Origin: Trichodelitschia bisporula
Lineage: Eukaryota
DNA: 37,456 nt
Direction: 5' to 3'
NCBI GenBank assembly: GCA_010356995.1
Contig: ML996710.1
Span: 216,455-253,910, forward strand
Shown here one piece after another: positions 10,915-21,375 of the stretch. The notes under the pieces are model-generated. The model worked only from the letters and a program-made list of their open reading frames with translations. It was not told where the DNA came from and did no database searches. Made by a program: the position numbers and the translations under genes. The number at the start of each line of letters is the position of its first letter. Within the stretch, counting starts at the first letter, position 1.

Positions 10915-12531
10915 TGGAGGAATAGCCACTGCGACCGGAGGTCGCTTGATGGAAGCATTTTGAAATTACTATAAATATGACCAAACGTTATGCTTATAAT
11001 CGTAACGTCTGCAGATCATGCTGAGAGATCGGGTGCGTTGTTTGCCGATAGTGAATCCGTCCGCCTTTTGCGTTGGCCCAAGCAAGTACTACTGTAGCTA
11101 ATCCAATCACCTTAAATGTGAAGCACGTCATGCAGTCAATGTTCCACAGCATTAACAGGAATGAGGAACGAAGAGCGGGGCGCTGGTTAGGGTTATCATG
11201 TCCCACTAGAACCCTCGTCCAGGTCGCGAGGACATCAGCAACCTCAACCTGCATACCCCATCCTCACATTACGAGTCGGCGGAGCAATAAGATCGCCAGG
11301 CTTCCATCTCAAGCCCACAACCAATCCAGCCGTGACCCGGCCGACGCATCGCCGCTTCGGACAACCTTTGCACTACAGTACGGGTAGGCATCCCCTCGAC
11401 AACGACACAGTTGGGAGCTAACTCGCGACGTGACCTCCATCGACTCTTTATACCCACAAGGAGCGGAAGGCCTACCGGTGGAGGCCTAGTTCTAGAGCTC
11501 CGGCTGCGGCCCCGATTCACGGCCGGATCTTGCCGATACGCACGTCCTGGCATGGAACTGGAAATCTGCTTCCGTGCACCTTCCCCTAAGCCGAGATTCC
11601 AAATCCTATTTCCGCTGATCAGAAGCGCGGCTCACGGACAAGAAGACAAGCCTCGGGACCGAGTCCCGGGCACGCATCGGAGATTTGATGCGCGTGCGCA
11701 GACCGATCTGCGGACGGAGATATTGGGGATCGGAGAGCCAAATCTTATCGATACCGCCGGACGATGATAGCGAGGCATGGTATCTGTCGTTTTTCAGGCC
11801 AAACGCGTAAGGTGGTTAGCAAGCCACATATGCTTTCTTTCACCCTTCTAGAAGCCCTCCACCTTCGCCTCTTCATACGGACACAACTAACCCGGAACGT
11901 GCACAGACGCCGCGGTGTCCCTCACCAAGGCACAGGAACCACTACTCTGTTTCCCATATGGCGCCACGAGTCAGGCACCGGACTCTGACCACGGGAATCG
12001 CGCTTCCGAGGCTGGCACGTGTTGCAGATTGCGGCATCCCGGTCTGAGGGCAGGGTAAATGAACGGCTAGCCGGATGCGTGGCCTCGACGGTCATTGATT
12101 GCGGCCCGGCCAGCGGCTAGTGTGTGCTTTGTGAGCATGGCCGCGTCAATGTCGATAGAACGAGGCACGAGGGCGATCTGGCACCTTGTGCAGATTGCTA
12201 CCTTCTCCCACGGCAGCCGTGCCGCCTTCGAGCTGAGAACTTGCTCGTGTGGATTAATGGATTGCGGATTAGAGGCCATCACGGCTATGTTTCGAATGAT
12301 TGTGGCTTGCCGGCCCTCCTGTTGATCCGACGCCACGAAGCCAGCACCTCCCGGCAACCTCGCAGCTCCTCTCACCCCTTGCCCCCAGCTCAGTCATCGC
12401 GTCGAATGTCACTAGCCATGGCGGAACGATCGAATCGAAAGAAGAACCACTCCATCATCATCTAAGAAATTTCCTCAGAGCTTAAGGCCCTCTCGTCAGA
12501 CACCAAGGATATCGACAAGCGGCTAACCATC

Positions 12532-12900
12532 TTGGAGATTGCGGTTCGTCGTCTCGCCGGTAACTGCTCTAGGGAGACCAACGCTGTCAATCGAGGCCCA
12601 ATTGACATCCCAAGCACTCTTGCCTATATCCAGCATTATTTGGAAGATCGAAAGTGCCCGGCCAAGAGATGTCCCACGCGGTACATTTGGCTGGAGCAGC
12701 TCGTGCTGCATGTCAAGAAGGCCTCCGATCCATGGCACGTGTTTCTGCAGCGCAGCATCTGCAACCTTTGGTGTACAATTTGCGAGAAGGACTTCAAGTC
12801 GGCAACCTTTCTTGTGAAGCATTTTATCTAGCTGCACAAATCAACCTTTGACGCGCCGAGAACAGAGGCTTTTGAGACCCTCATGGTAAGCTTTGGGGCG
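12532..12900 (+). pseudogene. Degenerate C2H2 zinc-finger gene fragment
   Basis: CPAKRCPTRYIWLEQLVLHVKKASDPWH and WCTICEKDFKSATFLVKHFI*LH. A TAG at 12829-12831 falls between the two His ligands of the second finger. The boundaries are uncertain. Confidence 0.5.
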
Positions 12901-14893
12901 TCTAGGGTACGAGGCTAAATCGCCGCAGGAAGAAATTGCCCAAGATGAGGACTCGCCGACCCAGGAACCATCGTACCAAGAGGCTCCCGACACTGAACCG
13001 CCGACTGATCGCCCAACAGGTACAACAGCCATGCTACAGTGATTCCAATTAATCTCTCCAGGGTACGAGTTGCATCGCAAACGGCCCCGTACCGATGGTG
13101 GTACCCTCGAAAGCGCAGAGTCGTCGACCTCTCGTAAGTACACCCAGGCTCGGAAGGCCACATTGCTCACCAACCTCAGCCCACAGTGGCGGAAACGAAG
13201 CGATGCGGGGCGTGCGGATGCCAGTTGTGTTCTGCGACCCTGTGCGGGATATGCTGGATGGCACGGGGATGAACTAGGTGGCGAGTGACTTGCAGATCCC
13301 AAGGGTGGGGATGTAATATAGGACGTTCGATGCCCTGTGACACGTCCAGACTGAGAACTGAATCGGGACGTCGTGGTTGCAGCAAGTCTGACTGGACAGA
13401 AATAGTGCATATCGGATTGATTAACCCCCCTCCCTCTGCGGAATCCGGCATCGTGAGCCTAGCTTTGTGAATCTCCGTTAACCTGGGTCGTCTCCGATTC
13501 CATCGCCATGCGTCGTCCCCGGGTCGAAATGGGTGTTTTGGAGATCTAATGAGTTGAACGAAGGGCCTTCTAGTGTTGTAGTCGCCATGGTGTGCAGTCG
13601 ACATTGCGAGAAGAAGTGGGGCACTAGCGGCTGGGCAACGTTTGGAGCAAAGTAAGCGAGCATTGTTTTCCTTTCTTCATCTCAATTCAGTTGCTTGCTT
13701 TTGCTTCTTGACATCACGTCAGCTAGCGCCGACAGAAGTACTATTTCGTGTCTAGGTTCAACCGCGCCCCTAGCTCACCTATGATGGGTCACGATCTTGA
13801 TGGGTGCCGTGACATGGCGGGGGAATCGAGATGCTACGATCGAAACGCCACGAACGCTAAGCACAGGTATCAACCCGCGACATGTCAATCGGCGGCGATT
13901 CAACGACTGTCCAATAGCGGTGTAATGGGCGGCAATGTACCCGAATCGGTGCCTGCATCTGCGGGAAACATTGCGCAACTCCTAATCGAGCAGATGAACC
14001 CGCAACCACTGCTCAGCAGATGTCAGCCTCGCCTCACCAACAAACCCAGTCGGAATGCAAAGCCCCACGAATTCCAAATGCCCGCAACATCTTCGTACAC
14101 CGGCCCGAGCCGAGCTTCGACAACCCGAGCCCCCGTTCAGTACACCCACTTAGCCCACCCTCCTCGCATCCAGTAATCACACGTCGGACCATGGAGTTTA
14201 GCGCTGCACAACTGCTATCCAGCTTATGAACTGTCTCCTCCACGGATAGTCACGTGCCTCACACCTCGGGCAGCGATACGAAACACGCCTGCAGAAGGAG
14301 CCCTACGCGTGGCGCCGCGGCTATCTGACATGTCCTCTTGTTTCACACGCCACGAGCCTCAAGTTTCAGCCTTGCGAGCGGGTACGCAGCATCACGACAC
14401 CCACAATACTACCTGAATAACCCGAACAGCGTTCTTCGTAGGCATGGAAATTTCTACTTCTCCCCGCTGGCATATCTTGCTCTATCTTGCTCTCCCCACA
14501 CTTCCACCACCCCCTCGCCTCCCTCCCGCTCCGCCGTTTCGCATATACCCCCGCACGGCCCGCACGCCCCTGGGCCCAATCTCCGCGCAATAATTCCGCG
14601 GGGCACGCAATCAGCGCCCACGGCCGAAAGCCCAGCGTCCCTCGCGATGCGCGCACAAAGTAGGTGCTCAATCACGCGGGCGCTGGACTGGCAGCGGCGA
14701 CGACAGGCGATAGTGCGGGTGTATATTGCGCGTTATTGAGGGGCCCTTGGAGGAGGGCTAGGTTTATAAGCGGTGCCCGGCCGCGAAGAGTGCGAGGGAG
14801 GTACGTCGAAGCCCGAGGTTGGGTGTGTCTCTCTTTTGTTTTGCTGTCACTTCCTGCGGTCGCTTTCCGCCTGTCATTCCTTCCATTAGCAAG

Positions 14894-17800
14894 ATGAAGA
14901 CGCTTTCCACCCTCGCCGCCCTCGTGGCGCTGGGTCCGCTGGCCTCCGCGCATGTGGCGATGAAGCCGCCTTCCCCCGACAAGGCGCTGACGCCGAATAG
15001 CAGCGTTGCCCCGCCTGGGTGCAAGCTCCTCGCGTCCGACAAGGGGTTTCCGGCGGATGAGGAGTGGCTCGCGGCCTTCCCGAATGCGTTCAAGAAGATG
15101 AAGGGTACGGAGGGGCCGGATTGGTGGGTCCAGGCCACCAGCGTCGAGGTGGTGCAGAAGGCGGTCAACTTTGCGCGGGAGAAGAATGTGCGCCTGAGCG
15201 TCATCTCTACGGGACATGACTTCCACGGCCGGTACGTCCCGCACGCGCGCGCTTTTAGCGCTTTCGTTCTCTGCTAACTTCCCCAGTGAGGGAGCCCGCT
15301 CCGGTCTGCGCATCGACATGGCCGCCCTGCGCGAGCCGACCGTCTTCAGCAACGAGTGGACCTGCAGTGCGCCGCTCAAGCCGCTGTCCGCGTCCGGCCG
15401 CTCCCTCGATAGTACCATCGCGTGCAAAGTGTCCCACGACGCCAGCCACCTCGTCGGCCGCTCTATCCCCCAGCGCCAAGAGCGCATCCACTACTTCGAG
15501 AAGCGCGGCAACCTTTCCGAGGCCGATTGTCCCGCCCTAGTAGCCCGCCATACCCTGCGCAAGCGCCACGGGCCCGAGGGCGACGAGATGCCCATGGGGG
15601 CCGCGTCGGCTGCGACAACACCCGCGGCTGCGGCTACAACGGCGGCTGCGGCTACGACGGCGGCGGCGGCCACGGCGGCGGCGGTCCCTAAGCCCGCGGT
15701 CCAGGTTCCCGCCGCGAAGCAGAGCGGCGCCGCGGCGTGGGGGAATTTTTACCTCCCCCCGCTGGCGGAATGGGTGCCGAGCCACAACACCATTAAGCCC
15801 GTGCCCGGGAAGCAGGCGTATGCGCGGGTCAGTGCTGGCATGTACAATGAGTTGTTTTTCGACCAGGCGTCGAAGAGCGGGTTGATGACGCTGGGGGCGC
15901 AGCACGGCGTAAGTTGCCTTTTGAGATTATGTGAGGGGATGGTTGCTGATGGTGCGTGTAGGGTGTCTCGGTCACCGGCGGCTGGCTCCAGGCCGGCGGA
16001 CATAACCCCTTTGTACACAAGCTCGGCATGGCGGCGGACAACGTCGTCGAATTCGAAGTCGTGACTCCGGACGGAAAGTTCGTGCGCGCGTCCGCGTGCT
16101 CCGAGCCGGATTTGTACTGGGCACTGCGCGGTGGCGGCGGCTCGACCTTCGGTGTCGTAACCGGCGCGACGGTCAAGGTGTTCCCCACGTTCCCGGTCGT
16201 CGTCGCGCGCTTCTTCGTCAATTCCACCACCGACGGGCTCTGGGACGCCGTGGCATACTTTTTGCAGAACGGCGCGCGCCTGCGCGACGACTACGGGCTC
16301 CAGGGGTACTTCTACGTGTATCCGAACGGCTTCCACAGCGTCCTGCACATGCCGGATAACTTCGCGACGCTGGCGAACGCGAAGCGCGCCGTCGAGCCGC
16401 TGATGAAGAAGATGGAGGAATTGGCCGGCGCGACTCACATCCCCCCGACCTACTACGAGCACAAGACGTACAAGAACTGGTACGAAGCCGAAATGGGCTC
16501 CGAAGAGATGGAAGAATCCGGCGCTAAGGCTTACTCCTATTACGACGGGGCGTACGGGCAGGGCGTGCCCTCCGCCGAGGACGTGATGATGAACCCGATG
16601 CTCGTGCTCCCGTGGGCGCTCAAGGAACAACAGCGGCAAGCCAACGCCGGTGGCAAGCGCCATCGCCACCGGCGTGCGGCGCCGGTTAAAATCCCGCGCA
16701 CCCAGCCCATGGGCCGCACGTACCTGGACTCCCGCCTCCTGAGCAACGAGCACGTCAACAGCGTACCGTTGAAGACGCTGGCCAAGGCGGTCAAGGAGGT
16801 CTTCCCGGGCTATGACGGGAACCATATCCGCGGTTTCTTGTACGGCGGCGGAAAGCAGGCGCAGCCGGGCGTGGATGATGGCTCGCTGTTGCCGGCGTGG
16901 CGCAATGCGACGTATCACTACATCATCAATGCGGTTCCCGGATCCACGCGCCACGACTACACCATCGGCGCCATGGCGAAGCTGTTCCCGGATGCGGGCG
17001 CGTATGTGAACGAAGTGAGTCCCCCTTCCTCCCTCCCTTCCCTTCTCTACCACTCACTAACATCCCCCAGGCCGCCCCCGGCGAACCCGACTGGAAGCGC
17101 GCCTTCTGGGGAGCCCACTACCCTAAACTCGAAACCCTCAAGAAAAAATACGACCCCACCAACGTCCTCTGGTGCAGTCCCTGCGTCGGCGCCGACATGT
17201 TCACCTACGACGACGAGCGCCTGTGCCCGAACCCCAACTATCCCGAAGCAGGCCCCGCCCCCCAAACCTACCGCAACGACAAGTCCAAAAACGGCATCGC
17301 GTCCCTCCCCGGCACAGACGGGATCCCCAACCCGCTCATGCCCATAATCGTCGCATACATGAAGAACGGCACCCTGCCCGCCCGCATGCCGGCAAGCGGG
17401 TACTTCAAAATGGCCATGGGCGAAGGTGGGTCCGGCGGGGGCCGCTGGGCGAACAACTTCCCCTGGCTGGACTCCAAGGGCGCGGCCGCGACCGCGCCCC
17501 CTCCGGCTCCCACCGCGGAAGCCGGTGGCCACGGGCACGACATGGCGGATATGGAAATGGGTGGCATGGAGGGGATGCACGGCGGTGCTCAACCGGCGCA
17601 TCCAGAGGCGCCGGCTGCGCAGACGCCCGAGATTGCGGCGACGAAGGGCGTGCAGACGCCGGAGGTCGCTGCGCCGGCGGGGGCTACACCGGCGCCTGTG
17701 GCCGCGCCTGCTAATTCTGTCCCGGCGCCTGAGGCGGCGCCGCCGGCTGCTGAGATCACTGCTGCCGCGGAGTCAGCCGCTGCCGGGGCGACGACGGCTG

Positions 17801-18102
17801 CGGCCGAGACTCCTGCCGCGGTGGAGACGCCCGCCGCGGTCGAAACTCCGGCTGCGGTTGAGGCGCCTGCACCGCCGGCCCCGAAGCCCGCAAACCCACT
17901 CTCGGGTCTAGGCGGGATGGGCGGCCTGCCGAAGAGCAAGGGCAGCCCGAAGAGCAAGGGCACGCCTAAGAGTAAGGGGACGAGGGGGAAGGGGAGCAAG
18001 GGGACTACTAAGGGGAAGGGGGTTTTTCCGAAGCTGGGGGGGTTTGGGTTGAGGGTTGATGAGGATGTGGTTGGGGAGGAGGGGGAGTGGGTTGAGGTTT
18101 GA
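14894..18102 (+). CDS. Secreted FAD-linked oxidoreductase (FAD_binding_4 plus BBE domain) with internal insertion and low-complexity tail; exons 14894-15231, 15287-15908, 15962-17014 and 17071-18102
   Basis: Signal peptide MKTLSTLAALVALGPLASA; VQKAVNFAREKNVRLSVISTGHDFHGR (covalent-FAD His motif); GGWLQAGGH; DLYWALRGGGGSTFGVVT; BBE motif GAYVNEA...YPKLETLKKKYDP. Three canonical introns (55, 53 and 56 nt) restore the frame. Confidence 0.93.
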
Positions 18103-19238
18103 TATGTAGTTTAGGGGGTGGGTAATTTGCATGCTTGTTTTTTTTTGGTGATGGCGGGCTGGTTACGCGTGTGGGCGATGTGTTCGTGTGAGTTGTGAGC
18201 GACTGATGAAAAAGGTGGCGCGCATGGAGCGGTTTGCTAAGGTCCTTAGCCAACTGAGCTGACGGTTGCTTCGATGCTGTACTTTATGAATGGCGTCACG
18301 ACACAGTCAGCAATAAATGCTCGGATTCGAGTTAAGGATGGCTTCATCCCGGTTCCAAATTAACCCAGCCGGTCGAATCCTCGGCACGTCGTTGCATTGA
18401 GTTTGTACAATTGTATGAAGCGGTTCATGTGCCATCTTTTCTATCAATCAGGTCGCCACTCCCTGGATCAATGCCATCATCACTATCAAAATCCGGCGCG
18501 AGTCGGGAGGCCTTCCGCGGCAGCACGGGTGCCAGCGTTGCGAATGTCGTCGACTTCTATGCGTACAAGTTCACGGCGGAAGGATGACCACCGTACGAGC
18601 AAAGGAGTATTAGACCAGCATCTCTTTTTACGAGAACGACGCGTTTCGCCTTCACTGTTGGACAGCGGACAACACCAAAAAACATACGAAGCATACCAAG
18701 GACGCATCGAAATTAATGTAAATTCTCCACAGGACTAGATCACAATTATACCCGAATCCATCATCTCCTTCAACCAGCTTCATCCTTCAAATTCCCTTCT
18801 TAATCAAGCATCTGGTGTGATGGAAGTGCACCATATTCTCGGCCTGCGTCTTCCCATGCTATAAACCGAGGCGGAGGTGCCGAGAGACGCTCCGGAATGA
18901 CGACATGAGTGGGAGATATCTTCCGCTGCCCGCCGGCTTTGAGGGAGATCTTCGCTTCATCGTAAGCATTAGCCTTGTTCCGTCCCAAGAGTGGAGTGCT
19001 CTTTATAAAGGTAAAGTTTGTTGTTACGTTCATGGCTGCCGGAAGCTGCATGGGAGAGGCTTTCGCTGGCGGGATGTCCGGAGCAAGTTCCAAAGGGACA
19101 TGACATGGTAAATGCGGGCGTTCATTTTTCTATTCATGGATATCAGAGCAGTTGATAGCAATGATGAGCATGTGAACCGCACTGTGAAATTAATTCTTCA
19201 AACTACTGACGAACGAACGACCCAGAACAGACGGCACA

Positions 19239-19385
19239 GAGGACGAACGACACAAGAGAATCAGTGTGTCCAAAGTCATGAGGACCAACGTCATTGAGGA
19301 CGAACGACACAGGGGAACGATAGTGTCCAAAGTCATTGACGGCGAACGTCATTGGGGACGAACGATACAGGAGAACGATAGTGTG
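19239..19385. repeat. 57-58-bp tandem repeat, about 2.5 copies
   Basis: Units start at 19239, 19296 and 19354 and approximate GAGGACGAACGACACAGGGGAACGATAGTGTCCAAAGTCATTGACGGCGAACGTCATT. Confidence 0.85.
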
Positions 19386-19644
19386 GAACGCCGAGCCTTT
19401 CGTTCTCGCCACAAGGTAATCGATTTTGGCCCGTTCTGAGCGGTACTGCCTGGGCATAGCCCGGAAACGGCCTTGCGCTTGAATGTTGGTCCCGTTTTTC
19501 ACTCTCGTTGTCACTACTCTGCGCTGTTGCCACGGCGGCCTCCGCACAAACAGCTTTGGCACAACAAAACGAGGGAGATGTGAGGCCCCCGGACATTCCG
19601 GAATTTTCTGGTGACGAGGAGAAAGCCTACGCCGATTACTACGC

Positions 19645-19722
19645 ATGGAAGCAATCCACGGTCTTGGTGGCACTGGGAAGACCCAGGTCGCCTTACAGTT
19701 TGCACATTGGGTGAGAGAGAAC
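19645..19722 (+). pseudogene. Isolated NB-ARC-type P-loop (Walker A) fragment
   Basis: AIHGLGGTGKTQVALQFAHWVREN matches the GLGGxGKTQxALxxAH pattern of fungal NB-ARC NLRs. The rest of ORF 19645-20247 is antisense to the neighbouring pseudogene. Confidence 0.7.
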
Positions 19723-19725
19723 GAC

Positions 19726-20990
19726 TTATACACCGATGGCCATAATAACCTCCGAATCGGAGGGTGCAACGACCTTGACAACCTGGGCCCTCGGTTCTTC
19801 GTCCAGGTTGTTAAGGAGGAGGGCGACGAGTTCATGGAGATGTGGGTTGTCCTAGGTGGTGAAGTCCATGGTCCATGCGTTCTGGTCCAAGACCTGGACC
19901 AGGACGAAGATGTCAAGCTTTTCACGGCGGCCCTTGCTCAGGGTTTTTGGGCGCCGGCTCCTGAAGGGAGAGCTGGGGAGCCAGGACGGGAAGCTTTTCT
20001 ACAAATTATTAGCTTCTATCGTGAAAGTATAACTCAAAGCGCTACTTACCATCGCCGAGCTCAGCACAACGCAAATCTGTTGGGAGGCCTAGTCCGGTCC
20101 GTTGAGTTTGTGTATGAAGAAGGCAACGTGTGCATAAAGATGGGGGTTGTTGTAAGTGGTGAAGTCCATAGTCTATCCGTTGCAGTCCAGGACCTGGACA
20201 AGAACCAAGATGTTCAGTTTGTCTCGAAGCTCTTTGATCAGGGATAATATGCCACGCAACCTAATCGTGGTCATCCCCAGAGTTGAGAGTATTGAGGACC
20301 TCCAGAGGATGGCCCTTTTTCTGGCGCTGGCTCTAGAGCGAAAGCACCCACCGCTTGATCTTAGTCAAGATCAGGAGCTGTGATGACAGGACGGGAAGCC
20401 TTTCTATAAATCATTAGCTTCCGTCGTGAAATGCAACTCAAAGTGCTACTTACCATCTCCGATTTCGACGTAGCCGAGGACAGTTAGAAGCGTTCCGAGG
20501 AAGCGAGCGCCCGATCGGAGCTCCAAAACAAAAAGCGAACAGGATCAACGGAGAAACGAGCATCATGCTCGCACAGGGGTAGGCGCAGATCATAAGCCTC
20601 AGCTGCGCTCAGGTAGACGTGTAAGGTCACGTCATTCGTAATGCTGGGTGAGAGTGTCACGAACCCCGAAGGCGATGATCCGAAACTTAGGATTGCAAAG
20701 TTGAGGGGAGGAGGGAAGGGTGAGAGACGAAAGACCCAAGTGCCATCTCCCCAAAACTTTGCCAGAGCAGGAGCACAGGGTGGCGACCCGGTGTCTGGCA
20801 GGAGCTCTCCCCCCCCCCCCCAGTCTGGAGGGGACCTGACCAGAGCCGTGACGAAGAGGGCGGCAGCGAAACCGCCAATGAAGGCGTGGCTGATGAGGTC
20901 CGCCTTACGAAAGGCGGAGATGCACTCAGCACCTTTGAGCATGGGAGCAGAAATGCGGGTGGGTTCGGTTCATGAAGAGACAAAATCCAT
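19726..20990 (-). pseudogene. Nucleotidyltransferase-fold (hGGxA...TxDhD type) gene, degenerate, with solo-LTR insertion and duplicated last intron and exon
   Basis: SHAFIGGFAAAL[insert]PSITNDVTLHV, then VLGYVEIGD|intron 20404-20453|ERLPVLSSQLLILTKIKRW. There are several stops (TGA 20970-20972, TAG 20333-20335, TAG 20173-20175) and a second near-identical intron at 19999-20049. Confidence 0.7.
20655..20853. mobile_element. Solo LTR (199 bp) inserted in the nucleotidyltransferase pseudogene
   Basis: Termini TGTCACG...CGTGAC(G) form an inverted repeat. The 5-bp flanks GAGAG (20650-20654) and AAGAG (20854-20858) match 4 of 5. Removing the element plus one flank rejoins GGFAAALL-PSITNDV in frame. 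It contains a C13 run at 20809-20821. Confidence 0.7.
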
Positions 20991-21048
20991 AGCGATGAAG
21001 GTTGAGCGATGAAAGTTGAGCGATGAAAGTTGAGCGATGAAGGTTGAG
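20991..21048. repeat. 14-bp tandem repeat, 4 copies (AGCGATGAA[G/A]GTTG)
   Basis: Four consecutive units directly abutting the putative ATG (20990) of the minus-strand pseudogene. Confidence 0.9.
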
Positions 21049-21375
21049 AAAGAGGATGGACAGTTTTACTTCACAGGGGTAAAGTTGAAGTGAGTGGGAT
21101 TGGGGAAAGGCGGTACTTAAGGGGATGGAGCGCATGCTATCGAAAGTATGCTGTGGGCAAGTGCCATCACGCAGCGCTGATACATCCGAAAGGCACACTC
21201 GGGCGTCGGTCCCGCTAGTCGCGTAGCAAACCACGCAAGCGAGGAAGCAGCCACTGCGGGGAGCAGCATCACCGGCAAGCGCTACACAGAGCCGGAGGGC
21301 GCGCTCGCTCATCGAGCCTTTCCTAGGGACCAGGGCGAGGGCGGGCCATATCTGCGTATCCCCGTTGAGACGGGT

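Noticed and set aside
12829..12831. Premature TAG rescued by A-to-I editing
   Set aside because: Editing would give Trp where a polar residue is more typical, the surrounding gene looks decayed, and no transcript data are available.
15749..17053. 434-aa minus-strand ORF
   Set aside because: It is an antisense shadow of the GC-rich FAD oxidase, with no recognisable motifs.
18486..19093. Minus-strand ORF fragments as a gene
   Set aside because: There are multiple stops and no recognisable motif. It may be a remnant, but a call cannot be supported.
19239..19385. Repeat array as a possible CRISPR
   Set aside because: The units are contiguous diverged tandem copies with no unique spacers, there are no cas genes, and the context is eukaryotic.
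19645..20247. 200-aa ORF as an intact NB-ARC protein
   Set aside because: Only the first 26 codons resemble a P-loop. The rest is the antisense of the duplicated NTase exons and crosses a minus-strand intron.
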